This document shows positions 38,524 to 49,100 of a stretch of 64,000 nt of DNA, one piece after another. The notes beneath the pieces were generated by a model. The model was not told the DNA's origin. It did not search any database and saw only the letters and a list, made by a program, of their open reading frames with translations. The stretch is taken from IMG/VR virus record IMGVR_UViG_3300042519_001698; one strand, 5' to 3'. The stretch comes from a virus. The position numbers and the translations under genes are program-made. Every line of letters begins with the position of its first letter. The stretch's first letter is position 1.

Positions 38524-38586
38524 ATTTGATTGATTTATATAAAAAGTAACTAAAATATGTGATAATAAAAAGAATGTTGCCGGAAA

Positions 38587-39198
38587 TTATTCGTCATATA
38601 AACTATTTAAATTACTGTTCTTCATTAACTTACCTTTATTCATGTTAGTTAATGCACCAGTAATTTTGTCTAAATCCGATTTTAATTTTTCGTTCTCATC
38701 TATTAATCTTTTTATTTCAACATCATTAACCACTTCTTTAGTTACTTCTACAATTTTCTCTACCTGAACTTCTCTTATAACCTCTTTAATCACTTCGATA
38801 GGTACTTCCTTTATGATTTCTTTGGTGATTGTTTTGGTTTTAGTTTTACCCTCTTTAAAGACTTCTATTGGTACTTCTCTTATAACCTCAACCGGCACTT
38901 CCTTAATAATTTCCCTTATCACCTCAACGGGAACTTCTTTTATAATCTCTTTGATAATCTGCACTTCATAAGGAACCCTAATTTCTTTTTCGACAATAAC
39001 TTCAACAGGAACTTCTCTTATGACTTCAACTATTTTTTCTTTAACCTTTGTATTTCCGACGGGGGTTTCACCATACTTTAATAGTGTAAACCCCCTTGTG
39101 AATGTATCATTGGCTAATTTGTCAATATCTTTTATTTCGTTTAACTCACAATAAAGAATAAATTCTTTATCCAAGGTTAACGTGTACTTCTTCTCCAT
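38587..39198 (-). CDS. Protein with (I/V)KEVPVEV repeats
   Basis: Tandem EVIREVPVEV/EIIKEVPVEV units followed by a coiled coil; start refined to ATG 39198. Confidence 0.75.
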   Translation of the reverse strand: MEKKYTLTLDKEFILYCELNEIKDIDKLANDTFTRGFTLLKYGETPVGNTKVKEKIVEVIREVPVEVIVEKEIRVPYEVQIIKEIIKEVPVEVIREIIKEVPVEVIREVPIEVFKEGKTKTKTITKEIIKEVPIEVIKEVIREVQVEKIVEVTKEVVNDVEIKRLIDENEKLKSDLDKITGALTNMNKGKLMKNSNLNSLYDE

Positions 39199-39991
39199 TT
39201 TCAATGTCTTTTATGTCTGATATAGTAAAGTGAAGAAATGGTTGTTCATTTGGTAAATCATGAAATGTATAATCATTACTCTTCACATCATATATACCAT
39301 AACCATGATGTTTTACAGTTTCACCAAAGTTTTGTTGGATTAGAGATCCAACCATTATTGCTTTACCACCATTAGGTAGTGTAAATTGTTGTCTTTTATG
39401 GATGTCACCACATAGAAGTAAATCCAAATCGACAAAGTTTAATTGGTCGTACGCATCTTCAAATTCATATCCTAAATCTGTGGATAAACCCATGATAGGA
39501 CCGTGAAATAAACCGACCGTTAATAACCCTTCTTGTTTTGTGAATTCAGGTCTAACATTATGTTGATATAAAGAATAAACTATCCATTGAATGTTACCTT
39601 CGGTGTCAATATAATCACCACTATCTTTTAAGTATGTGATATGTGGATTGTTTAGTAATTCTACAACAGGACTAATACTATCTAATCTTTGTGTGTTGTT
39701 TTCTAAAAAATCGTGATTGCCAGGTATGATAACAACTTTACCATATTCTGTAAGTTCTCTGATAAACCAACTTGTTAACATCAACTGTTCATTAGAAATG
39801 TTGATTTTCTGATGTGCGATATCACCAGCAATCACAATTCTAATTTCATCCCAATTAACACCTTCTTCTAACCATTCAAATACTTTACCACTTAGTTCTT
39901 TTAGTAGTTTACTAAATTGTTCTTTATACAATTCATGCATTTGAATTGTACGAATATGTAAATCGGCAATGTGTATTATTTTTTTGACCAT
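39167..39991 (-). CDS. sbcD: Mre11/SbcD (T4 gp47-like) metallophosphoesterase nuclease
   Basis: ADLH, IAGD, PGNHD, FHG, GDIH, GSL.QQNFGE. Confidence 0.9.
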   Translation of the reverse strand: MVKKIIHIADLHIRTIQMHELYKEQFSKLLKELSGKVFEWLEEGVNWDEIRIVIAGDIAHQKINISNEQLMLTSWFIRELTEYGKVVIIPGNHDFLENNTQRLDSISPVVELLNNPHITYLKDSGDYIDTEGNIQWIVYSLYQHNVRPEFTKQEGLLTVGLFHGPIMGLSTDLGYEFEDAYDQLNFVDLDLLLCGDIHKRQQFTLPNGGKAIMVGSLIQQNFGETVKHHGYGIYDVKSNDYTFHDLPNEQPFLHFTISDIKDIENGEEVHVNLG

Positions 39992-40845
39992 CTTGAAATA
40001 TATTTTGATAAATCCATTGTTTGGATTGCGTTGTTAATTTGTGGTGGAACTTTGTACTCAATAAATGTTGAGTCGTCTTTTAAAAGAACAATCACATTAC
40101 CTAACAATTTAGTATCTGAGTATTTTGTTCCTTCCAACATCTTACGTAACAATCTTCCATATAAAGGAAGTTGTAAATAATAATGTCCTAATGCGTTATT
40201 ATGGTAATGGTTAAATGGTGGATATAGTTTATCCGTGTAATGATGTACTTCAAAGTTTTTTGGTTGGTTTGTTTTCCAATCTGTAATAACAAATCCAAAA
40301 TCATCTTTCTCTTTATTCATCATTAACCAAACCTTATCTGGTTGTCCTGTGTATTGTTCGGTTGGGTCGCCTAATACAATTTCAGTATCCAATAGTATTC
40401 CACCTCTTTCTAACATTAAATCAAGGAATTGTTTTCCCGCAATAATCATGTTGTCACTCTTACGTTGTTGTTCTTCATTGATTTCAAATATTGGTTGTCT
40501 AACTTCTTTATAGTTACCAAAACGTGAAATTGTGTCGGACTCTAATTCGAAGTGAACACGACTACCCATGTTTGTGGATAGGTCGCCGGCTTGTTTCCAT
40601 TCCGCAAGCAATTTTGCTTGCCCTTCAGGGTCACCTTTAGACATCTTTAATGCCATACCTTCAGCATCAAAAGACTTGTGAAATTTCTTTACAATTTTTG
40701 AAACGGATGGAAAATTTCTTTTTATTTCACCATCCAAATCTTTCATGTAGTAGATGTGTTCTTCTTCTATGAATGTTAATTCTAATTCTTTTCTTCTTTT
40801 CTCTAATAAATCATTAATCTCTAATGATATGTCTTTTAAATTCAT
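39976..40845 (-). CDS. PD-(D/E)XK exonuclease (RecB/Cas4-like family)
   Basis: GS.VH..LE, GQPD, ITDWKT, Y.LQL.LY; start refined to ATG 40845. Confidence 0.8.
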   Translation of the reverse strand: MNLKDISLEINDLLEKRRKELELTFIEEEHIYYMKDLDGEIKRNFPSVSKIVKKFHKSFDAEGMALKMSKGDPEGQAKLLAEWKQAGDLSTNMGSRVHFELESDTISRFGNYKEVRQPIFEINEEQQRKSDNMIIAGKQFLDLMLERGGILLDTEIVLGDPTEQYTGQPDKVWLMMNKEKDDFGFVITDWKTNQPKNFEVHHYTDKLYPPFNHYHNNALGHYYLQLPLYGRLLRKMLEGTKYSDTKLLGNVIVLLKDDSTFIEYKVPPQINNAIQTMDLSKYISRWSKK

Positions 40846-40849
40846 ATTT

Positions 40850-41365
40850 TTAAATTTTGATATAACTAATTCCACCTTGAGTTCCTTTAAGTGGATTATC
40901 ATATTTTTTCTCTACCGATTTTCTTGGTGTTATTTTACCATCTTTGTGATATAAAGCCCACTTCCATGTTTTATCTGGTTTATAGCCAGGTCCTACCCAA
41001 TGATGATGTACACTCTTTTCGTATTTTTCTAATTTAGTAATGGTCGCTTCTAAGACATACTCATCGGAAACTTCAAGATATTTCATACCATCATATATCT
41101 TATCCATCTTTGGACAATTGTACATAACCGCATAACCACAATCTTTTGAAATGTTTAAATCTTCATCACTACGTGCACTAATCACTATTGCCAATTGGTC
41201 ATTTGTAGGTGCCACAATTTTTGGTTTAATGTGTTTAGGTAGGACTTCGATTAATTTGTTTATGTTACCTCTATGAGCTCTTACCGCATCTTGTCTTGTT
41301 TCATAAAGTGTTGTAATTTCTTTTCCATCTAACAACTGAACCCTGTACTGTTTTTCTACTATCAT
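40850..41365 (-). CDS. Hypothetical protein
   Basis: 171-aa ORF between primase and exonuclease. Confidence 0.65.
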   Translation of the reverse strand: MIVEKQYRVQLLDGKEITTLYETRQDAVRAHRGNINKLIEVLPKHIKPKIVAPTNDQLAIVISARSDEDLNISKDCGYAVMYNCPKMDKIYDGMKYLEVSDEYVLEATITKLEKYEKSVHHHWVGPGYKPDKTWKWALYHKDGKITPRKSVEKKYDNPLKGTQGGISYIKI

Positions 41366-41377
41366 TTTTATTTATGT

Positions 41378-42313
41378 TTAATCTAATTGTTTTATATCAC
41401 ACTCGTTTATTTTTCCTTGTAGGTCGGCAATATCTTGATTACCTTCTAATTTTACTATCCACACTTTACCCATTAATTTACCAATGTTAATTCTGTGATA
41501 TAGTCTTTCCGCATCGTTCCATGCATCGGGGTCTAGAATTATAATTATCTTTTTTGCTTTAGTATATAGTTCATTAAATAAATGTTCACTCATAAATTTC
41601 CCTAACATTGGGATTGCGTTAGGAATGAATATACTATCAAACGCACCTTCAACCACATACACAGGTTTATCCCAATCAATTAGATATTCATTAAAGATTA
41701 TCGTTTCTTTTTGTGCTTCAGGATTTTTATATTTCATCTTTGAGTAATTCAAATATGAACGTGCTATAAAATAATTTATATTTCTATTTGTGTCGTATGA
41801 TGGTATGATAATTCTATTTTCATATAAACCAGATGGACAATATCCAATGTTGTATATTTGTAACATTAATTCGGATATATTTCTACTCTGAATATATTTG
41901 TAAGCTTGTTTATATTGTGGAGTTAATTTCATTCCGAAACTAACATCTTTGAATTTTACAAACTCTTTAGGTAATCTAACTGGTTTATACACACGTTTAT
42001 TACCCTCTTCATCCTCTTCTGGTCTTAATAGTGTGTATTTTTTTAGTTGTTTTGGATTACCGAATTTCTTAATCAATTTATGTACGGAACCATGTGTTTC
42101 GTGGGATTCAGCACACACCCAACACTTATAAACATTGTATTTGTAATTAACTTCTAGATTTCCTTTTCCGTCTCCATGTTCCAATCCTTTTATTTCATAT
42201 GAACAAGTAGGACAATCAAAAGACATTTGGCAACGATAGTCATTGTGCATCTTAGGTTCACCTAAAATGTCTTCAAGAATATCAATAACGGGACTGTAGT
42301 CAATTTCTACCAT
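41378..42313 (-). CDS. dnaG: DNA primase (DnaG-type, Zn finger plus TOPRIM)
   Basis: CPTC...CWVC zinc domain, RIIIPSY, YFIAR, VEGAFD, LDPDA; start refined to ATG 42313. Confidence 0.9.
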   Translation of the reverse strand: MVEIDYSPVIDILEDILGEPKMHNDYRCQMSFDCPTCSYEIKGLEHGDGKGNLEVNYKYNVYKCWVCAESHETHGSVHKLIKKFGNPKQLKKYTLLRPEEDEEGNKRVYKPVRLPKEFVKFKDVSFGMKLTPQYKQAYKYIQSRNISELMLQIYNIGYCPSGLYENRIIIPSYDTNRNINYFIARSYLNYSKMKYKNPEAQKETIIFNEYLIDWDKPVYVVEGAFDSIFIPNAIPMLGKFMSEHLFNELYTKAKKIIIILDPDAWNDAERLYHRINIGKLMGKVWIVKLEGNQDIADLQGKINECDIKQLD

Positions 42314-42344
42314 AGATAGTAGAATTATAAAGAAAATATCTTGT

Positions 42345-42420
42345 AAAAAAAAATGGGAGCCGAACACCACCTCGACTCCCTACCAACTAAACGAGGATTT
42401 AACTCCCCGTCCCGTCCTAT
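42345..42420 (-). ncRNA. Candidate ~75-nt two-hairpin small RNA or attenuator leader
   Basis: GC-rich island with hairpins ACGGGGA/TCCTCGT and GGGAGTCGA/TCGGCTCCC, followed by U9; promoter directly upstream. Confidence 0.5.
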
Positions 42421-42426
42421 ATTATA

Positions 42427-42455
42427 AGTATAACCTAATTATGTTGTAATGTAAA
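42427..42455 (-). promoter_or_regulatory. Sigma70-like promoter
   Basis: Minus strand TTTACA-17 nt-TATACT. Confidence 0.6.
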
Positions 42456-42458
42456 ATG

Positions 42459-43076
42459 TTAGTTGCCGGATTTTTCTGATTTACTCATATTAATATATCC
42501 AATCACACAACAAGCGGCGTCCGCCATATCAAAATTTTCTTTTTTCAATGTACCTGTCTTTCCATACAACCAATTTACTTCAGGACAAAGTGAATTTACA
42601 TGATCCCAAATGACTTGTTTCTTATCAATATCTTTTGGGTATCCACCAAATAAAACATTACGACCTTTATCGTTTGGACCTACCAAACTTGGGAATGCAA
42701 ATTTTCTTGAATTATATGTTGAAATAAATGAGGGTACAATTTTCAATGTATCGTAAATCATTTTACAAATCATCGTATTATATCTTAATAATGTCCCAAC
42801 TGTATAAACGTTATTTGAATTTAATAAGGGTTCCTCGATAATAACTTTTGTAATTCCCACATCCACATAATTGTCCAAATGTTTTTGAAACGCATTTGCC
42901 TTCATCATAAGTTCTTCTAACTTATCTTCAGGTTGTGGTTTAATCTTTGGGGAAAAGTGAGTTAATTCTAATAGATTGGACCCTGATATATCAAACAGTG
43001 CCCACCCAATAGTCTTAGTCGAAATATCGAGACCTAAGATTTTTGGCTTATTCTTTAATTTTACATCTATGCTCAT
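42459..43076 (-). CDS. ruvC: RuvC-like Holliday junction resolvase
   Basis: LGLDISTKTIGW, IIEEP, DMADA acidic catalytic set. Confidence 0.85.
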   Translation of the reverse strand: MSIDVKLKNKPKILGLDISTKTIGWALFDISGSNLLELTHFSPKIKPQPEDKLEELMMKANAFQKHLDNYVDVGITKVIIEEPLLNSNNVYTVGTLLRYNTMICKMIYDTLKIVPSFISTYNSRKFAFPSLVGPNDKGRNVLFGGYPKDIDKKQVIWDHVNSLCPEVNWLYGKTGTLKKENFDMADAACCVIGYINMSKSEKSGN

Positions 43077-43114
43077 AATGTAGAAATTAAGAATAAAATC
43101 TTTAAATGTAAAGC

Positions 43115-45127
43115 TTAGAAATCTAGTTTAACTGAAAATACTTGTGTACCAACTCTTGGAACCGGATTAGCCGTTTTTGCAATAACTAATGCCGTTTTAT
43201 TGGAATCTAACAATGCAACTTCTGTAATCTTTGGTTGATACCCTGAAACAAATGTTGGATTTTGAGATGTTGCGAATTTACCTGACGGTAGATTCACCAA
43301 GAAATTCATTTCCTCAATTTTACTTTCTCTTGTTAATTTGGCAGAACCTGCGAACGGTTGTTCATCACCAAACTGTGTGGTTGCTCCCGAATATGATTGT
43401 CCCGTGTGTCCTGATAAAGTGAAAGTTGAAGCCGCGGTATAATTTGTGTTATTAATTGTAAATGTTAAACCTGTAACACTTGATGGTGAAATTAAACTAT
43501 CTCCATTCAATGTTATTGAAACTGGTATTTTTTTCCAACCCGATGATGATGGTAATGAGTTAGTTGTTTTTTGTGCTAAAACATACATTTCATTTGCAAC
43601 AAAACCAGTTTTTAAACCAGAAAGTGATGGTTTTAAAGCATCAAATAAAGTTGAACCTGTAAATCTTACCACAACATTTGAAGCAGGGTTTGTTGCTGGT
43701 GCACAAACATCTGATGTTGTCGGTTGTGTTAATGAAATTTTAGAGTAGTTCATACAAGGTAGACCGTTTAATTTTTGGTCTGTTGAGTATGAAAATACAT
43801 ATGAAACATATAATGTTTGACCTGTGGTACCATCTAAAATGTAAGAACCATCAGTTGAGTGTGTTAATTCTAATTTAGGTGTTGGTAATGTGTATTTTCT
43901 ATTAGATTTAATATCTAATGTCGCTGCAATTTCTTTATCATCAAATACAATTACTTTGTTATTTAAGAAAACCTTACCAACTTTAATTCCTTGTTCGTCT
44001 AATAAATCTCTATATAAAATTGACATTTTATTAGGATTGATTTTCGACACTACAAATTTATCATTACTTCCGATATGAAACTTAGCTCCGATTGTTGTTC
44101 CTGTATTTCTATGGTAGTCAATATATGGGATATAGACCTCAAAAGAATCGGTACCAATATAATCATCATATTTAAACGCTCTATCAGGGTCATTAATTAA
44201 ATCACCCATTTCTGAGTAATGTAATAAAGCAATGTTGTCTTGTTCAGATGAAGGAATTTCAACCTCTTCACCAAATACATTAACATATGTTGTACCCGTA
44301 ATTAACGAACCAGTAATGTCTGTAAAATATTGTCCACCGTTTGAATGGTAACCTAAAAACTCTTTTGTTGAAACGTGATTACTACCTGTAAAGACGTTTG
44401 CTCCGTCATCAGTTGATGTGAATCCAATTGGTTTTTTACCCCAAACAGAACTTAATGTCCATGGGTCATGTTGTTCTTCAGGACTTGGAATTGGTGGTAA
44501 ACATAGTGGGTCACTATCCGTTGGGAATTCAATTTTAACATTGTTACCAATAACTGTAAAATTACCCGTTAACCCTCTTGAGTTATAATCTGGTGTTGGT
44601 CTATCTAATGTTAATATTTCAGTAGTTGTGTTACCACTAATATTAACAATTTTATATGTTAAACTATTTGAATATCCTGTTATTGTTGTACTATCTAATG
44701 TTCCTAAAACTAATGTGATGTATTCAGCATCACTAAAACTTTTATCTGTTGGTTTTGTTAAAGTAAGTGTATTTGTTCCTGTTAAAGATGTAATGTTACC
44801 TGTTACCGCTAATGATTGAATTATACTACCTGAAATAAATCCAGCTTCTCCCATTTGATTTGATACTACCTCATATGTTGACCCCGTAATAGGAACTCCA
44901 TAGGGTAAAGAACCACTTTCATATGATAATGGATACTTTATGTCACTATCCTTATCTAATGGTGTAAAAACACTCTGTGATGAACTTACGAATCCACTAT
45001 AAACATATTCAGAATCACCAACCGTAAAGTATGATATTTTAAAATCACCCTTTGCAATTGCATTTCTTCCTTTTTGTGTTAATCTCGCTGAAAGATATTC
45101 TGAATTATTTTTATCTAAGAAACTCAT
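43115..45127 (-). CDS. Virion structural protein (baseplate/tail-collar-like)
   Basis: ARLT.KGR..IA.G.F.I..F...D N-terminus and ITEVALL....L.IAK...P......F.VKLDF C-terminus, recalled from large-phage tail proteins; TATTTATA upstream. Confidence 0.6.
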   Translation of the reverse strand: MSFLDKNNSEYLSARLTQKGRNAIAKGDFKISYFTVGDSEYVYSGFVSSSQSVFTPLDKDSDIKYPLSYESGSLPYGVPITGSTYEVVSNQMGEAGFISGSIIQSLAVTGNITSLTGTNTLTLTKPTDKSFSDAEYITLVLGTLDSTTITGYSNSLTYKIVNISGNTTTEILTLDRPTPDYNSRGLTGNFTVIGNNVKIEFPTDSDPLCLPPIPSPEEQHDPWTLSSVWGKKPIGFTSTDDGANVFTGSNHVSTKEFLGYHSNGGQYFTDITGSLITGTTYVNVFGEEVEIPSSEQDNIALLHYSEMGDLINDPDRAFKYDDYIGTDSFEVYIPYIDYHRNTGTTIGAKFHIGSNDKFVVSKINPNKMSILYRDLLDEQGIKVGKVFLNNKVIVFDDKEIAATLDIKSNRKYTLPTPKLELTHSTDGSYILDGTTGQTLYVSYVFSYSTDQKLNGLPCMNYSKISLTQPTTSDVCAPATNPASNVVVRFTGSTLFDALKPSLSGLKTGFVANEMYVLAQKTTNSLPSSSGWKKIPVSITLNGDSLISPSSVTGLTFTINNTNYTAASTFTLSGHTGQSYSGATTQFGDEQPFAGSAKLTRESKIEEMNFLVNLPSGKFATSQNPTFVSGYQPKITEVALLDSNKTALVIAKTANPVPRVGTQVFSVKLDF

Positions 45128-45158
45128 ATGTTATAAATATTGTTTTTTTGTTTTATGA

Positions 45159-46175
45159 TTATGACGGTGAATTATATGTACAGTAATCCATACATTCTTG
45201 TATCGTTGCATATATTCCATCAACACAACTAATACATTGTCCATTAGAGCAACAATATGTTTGTTCGGGTTGTTTAATATTATGTGTTAATATACCCTCA
45301 GCGTAGAATAAATCAATATCCTCTACGTCCATTTGGTAAATTGTTACAGTTTCTTCTATTACGTCAACTGAGGTTACTTCAATTTCATTATTATTAATAT
45401 CTAATAAAAATTGACCAACTAAAACGTCTTTTGCTTGAATAAATCTCCATCCTGTCGGATGTTTTACTAAATGTCTATGATATTCAGTTGTTCTTAATAA
45501 GTTATTTATTAAGATTGTTTTATCCGATGGTTTTGCGACTATATTAACTATAGTTGTTTGACTCAAGTTACCAACAATTTCATTCGTATTCCACGTAGTT
45601 AATACTTCATTAGTGTCCGAATCTGATGGTAAACCTTCAATATTAAATGACATTAACACATCACCAACTTGTAATGTTTCAATTAATACTTGTGAACCAT
45701 CCGATAATGTGATATTAGTACCTTCAATAAAACAAACTAATGGATCACAATCATCCTGACAAGCTGCTAAGTTTGAGTATGTACCTCCATATCCTTCTAC
45801 CTCAATACAATTTCCATTAAAGCAATCGTATGTGTAGACAGTTGGTTCAGTAACATTTGTCGTTGGTGTTGGGGTCTGTGTTTGAGTCGGAGTTGGTGTT
45901 TGGGTTGGGGTCTGAGTTATTGCAGGTGCACCATTTAACTGTGTAATAAGATATAAATTTAAACAATCCCCAACATTTGGATTTATCTTAATGTATTGAG
46001 TTCCATCAGGAATTACATTACTTACAAAACCATTTAATAATTCTGTCCTTGTTACATTTGTTTCAAATGCAGTTCCACCACATGAACTATTACTTGATGA
46101 GGTACAAGAGTATAAATCAAATGTCGACATATTTGTCGATACTGTTGATAATGTTATAGTTCCTGATATTGCCAT
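45159..46175 (-). CDS. Structural protein with PT linker and embedded Hint (intein-like) domain
   Basis: CFIEGT.I...DG...IE.L.VGD.. through T..H and Y...V....F.A.GI.THN. Confidence 0.85.
   Translation of the reverse strand: MAISGTITLSTVSTNMSTFDLYSCTSSSNSSCGGTAFETNVTRTELLNGFVSNVIPDGTQYIKINPNVGDCLNLYLITQLNGAPAITQTPTQTPTPTQTQTPTPTTNVTEPTVYTYDCFNGNCIEVEGYGGTYSNLAACQDDCDPLVCFIEGTNITLSDGSQVLIETLQVGDVLMSFNIEGLPSDSDTNEVLTTWNTNEIVGNLSQTTIVNIVAKPSDKTILINNLLRTTEYHRHLVKHPTGWRFIQAKDVLVGQFLLDINNNEIEVTSVDVIEETVTIYQMDVEDIDLFYAEGILTHNIKQPEQTYCCSNGQCISCVDGIYATIQECMDYCTYNSPS
45279..45734 (-). other. Hint domain (BIL-A-like, 152 aa, Cys1 to His-Asn)
   Basis: Begins at Cys codon 45732-45734 and ends His-Asn at 45279-45284; the +1 residue is Ile; no homing endonuclease. 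Confidence 0.85.
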
Positions 46176-46195
46176 TTTATTTATTTTTTATTTTT

Positions 46196-49100
46196 TTAAC
46201 TTGGTTGTTCAGATTCTCCACACTCTATCTGAGTTCCAGAACAAGGATCCACTTGAGCTTGACAAAATCCATCAGGTTCTTTACAATAGTATGTATAGGA
46301 AGGTTCTGTACAATCAGCCTGACAAGCCTCTAAGTTTGAGTATGTACCTCCATATCCTTGTACTGCGGTACAATTTCCATTAATACAATCGTATGTGTAA
46401 ACAGGTTCAGGTGATGGGTCGGGTGGTGGTGGTGTAGTACAACTAATTGTTACTGATTTTGTTTTAACACTATTACTACTGTCATATAATAAAACGTACC
46501 AAGTTCCATTGGCCAAATTATTCCAATAATATGAAATTTCACCAGTTAAATCAATTGGTGTTGACATTCCAGCATTTTGTAAAGAATCACCAATTCTAAC
46601 ACTACTATAAGAATTTGTTCCACCATCAAATGACCCAATACTTATCGTACCCGTTCCTGATCCACCTAAACATCCACCTGTAATGTTAAAATCCAACGCT
46701 GCCGGTGGTGGAGGTGGTGGTTCTACTTCAGGACAAATAGTTATATTTGCAAGTGTTACACTTATTTTATTACCTCCAGGGTCTATTGTTGATGACCCCG
46801 CAATGACATAATATGTTTCGGAACTTCCCTCAACTATATCTCCTGAATCATATGTTCCTTGTTCATACCCTGTCGAATATAAATTAGTACCACCCGCACA
46901 AGGTGCCAATGTGTAATAATATATATCTAACGAACCATCAGTAATTGTTATCTCACTTGAGGTTGATAAGACGGTACCTGAAGCACTTCCACTTCTAAGT
47001 TCTAATTTAAATTTCTCAGTTCCTTCTGTTAATTGGTCTTCAGCCAATGAAAAAGAATATTCCTCACCTGAATATGTTAATGAAATTGTTGATGGGAAGT
47101 TATTTTGGAAATCAGATAAATTAACCGTTCCAGTTGTGCTTAATATTGTTATATAAAGTGTTTGAGGGAACGATATATTTGCTGCGGTCACAGTTGTGGT
47201 AAATGATCCACCTCCATCATCAGAACTACTTGGACTTACACTTATACCATATGATGGTGTTGATGGTGGTGTTGTAGTACATTCTGACCAATCTTGTATT
47301 TGACCAGCTGTTGTTATATATGCAACATATTGGAAAACATTACCTCCACCATAAATTAAAATTGCATAATATTTGTCTCCACCATTAACAACACTACCAC
47401 CTATATTTGCATCATATAACGTATAAATTGTTGACGGTGTTACTGAAGTTATAGCCGGATCACTAACATATAATGATTCTGAACCGTTTTGTGATAATGA
47501 CACATAACCAACGGGTAATCCACTCGGGTTTTCTCCACATGCTGCCGTTTTAATATCAGTTAATGTTGGACCAGATGCTGTTGACCATGCAAATACTCTA
47601 GCCGTTCTATAAACGACTGGTGTTGCTTCCTCACAATCATTAAGTGGTTGTCCATTATCTGGATCTAAAGATCTAGTGATTTGTATTAACTCAGACGACG
47701 ACACTGGTGGTGTATCAATTGCAGGGTCAAATGTGTCAACAATTACATATGTTATATCGGCGTCTCCCCAATAAACTCTGTTACCATATGTAAAATCACT
47801 GGTGTTATATGTAACCGTATATTTTACAATTGTCGGGTCGTCACATCTCTCAACTTTAAAGTATCTATAATAAGTTGTTGGTGTTGGTGTTTGAGTTGGG
47901 GTTTGTGTTTGAGTCGGAGTTGGTGATTGTGTTATAAGTGGAACTGCACTGTACACCGCATTACCTGTCATATAACATGCCAATGTTTGTGTTGGTGTTT
48001 GTGTTTGTGTTTGTGTTGGCGTCTGAGTCTGAGTTGGTGTTTGTGTTGGCGTCTGAGTCTGAGTTGGTGTTTGTGTCGGTGTTTGGGTTTGTGTTGGTGT
48101 TTGTGTTGGAGTTGGGGTTGGAGTTGGGTCAATAGCAATTGCACCGTAACCAACTTTAAATTCAAAAGATTTATCTACAGTACAACTATGTGGACCATAT
48201 TTGTAAGATTTAAATTTAACATACTCATCTCCATCAATTCCACCTACAAATGGTAAAAATTCACATGATATTCTTGGTAATCTTGTTATTGTATTTGTAC
48301 CGCCAGAATGTGTTGTACCTTTAAATCCATTAATACCATCTGTGGTGTAACCCGAATAAAAATTAATATAATTTACAGTATCAATTATCGCCTCTCTCCA
48401 CAATAATCTTAATTTATTATAATCAGGTTCAAAATCATTTGTACCATTTCCTTTATATAATTTAGCACTAAAATTTGTGGTTGTAGTTCCACTTAATAAA
48501 GCATAAGTTGTACCAGTATAACCCTGTATTGCCTCATAATTCTCAGGGTCGAATAATAACTTTTTAGTTAAGGTTGGTGTTGGTGTTGGAACATTTTCAA
48601 AAGATATTATATTCGTATTGTTAGTTGACACACCCATGTATGGTGCATTATATCCATATTCAGAATTAAGTGGTATAGGAATAAAAACAGGGTCGGTTGA
48701 ACCTGAATATGTTATTCCGTCAATTTCAAATATTGGAAAAAATTGTAAATAACCATCGTAATTTAAATCGTCATCTTGACTGAAATAAAATTGGAATTGA
48801 AATATCTCTTCTTGGAAATGTCTATTACCTTCTGCTGGTGTTGGAAATGCCGGTTCTAAAAATTCATATATTTGACAAGGTTTCTTGTATTTGTATTTTG
48901 ACCTTTGAAAAATGTTATTCTCAATTAAATTACCTCCCGTCCATAAACTTGTTGATGGAACGAATTGGTCAATAACACTTGTCCAATAAGGACTCATTTT
49001 TTCAATAAATTCGTTTGCTGAAATGAAATTATATGGTGTATATCCCGTATTATTCACTTGATTCATGTAATCATCATAAATGTCCTGAAGAACAATATAA

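Noticed and set aside
39976-40845. Cas4 of a CRISPR system
   Set aside because: No Fe-S cysteine cluster and no cas neighbours; it sits in a replication/recombination block
8341-42370. Upstream TTG/GTG starts in the ORF track (8364, 20360, 23139, 33759, 39204, 40902, 42370)
   Set aside because: They overlap promoters, terminators or neighbouring genes; downstream ATGs fit homology and spacing better
42345-42420. tRNA or known riboswitch
   Set aside because: No cloverleaf, TTC loop or CCA, and no riboswitch consensus I recognise; kept only as an unknown RNA candidate
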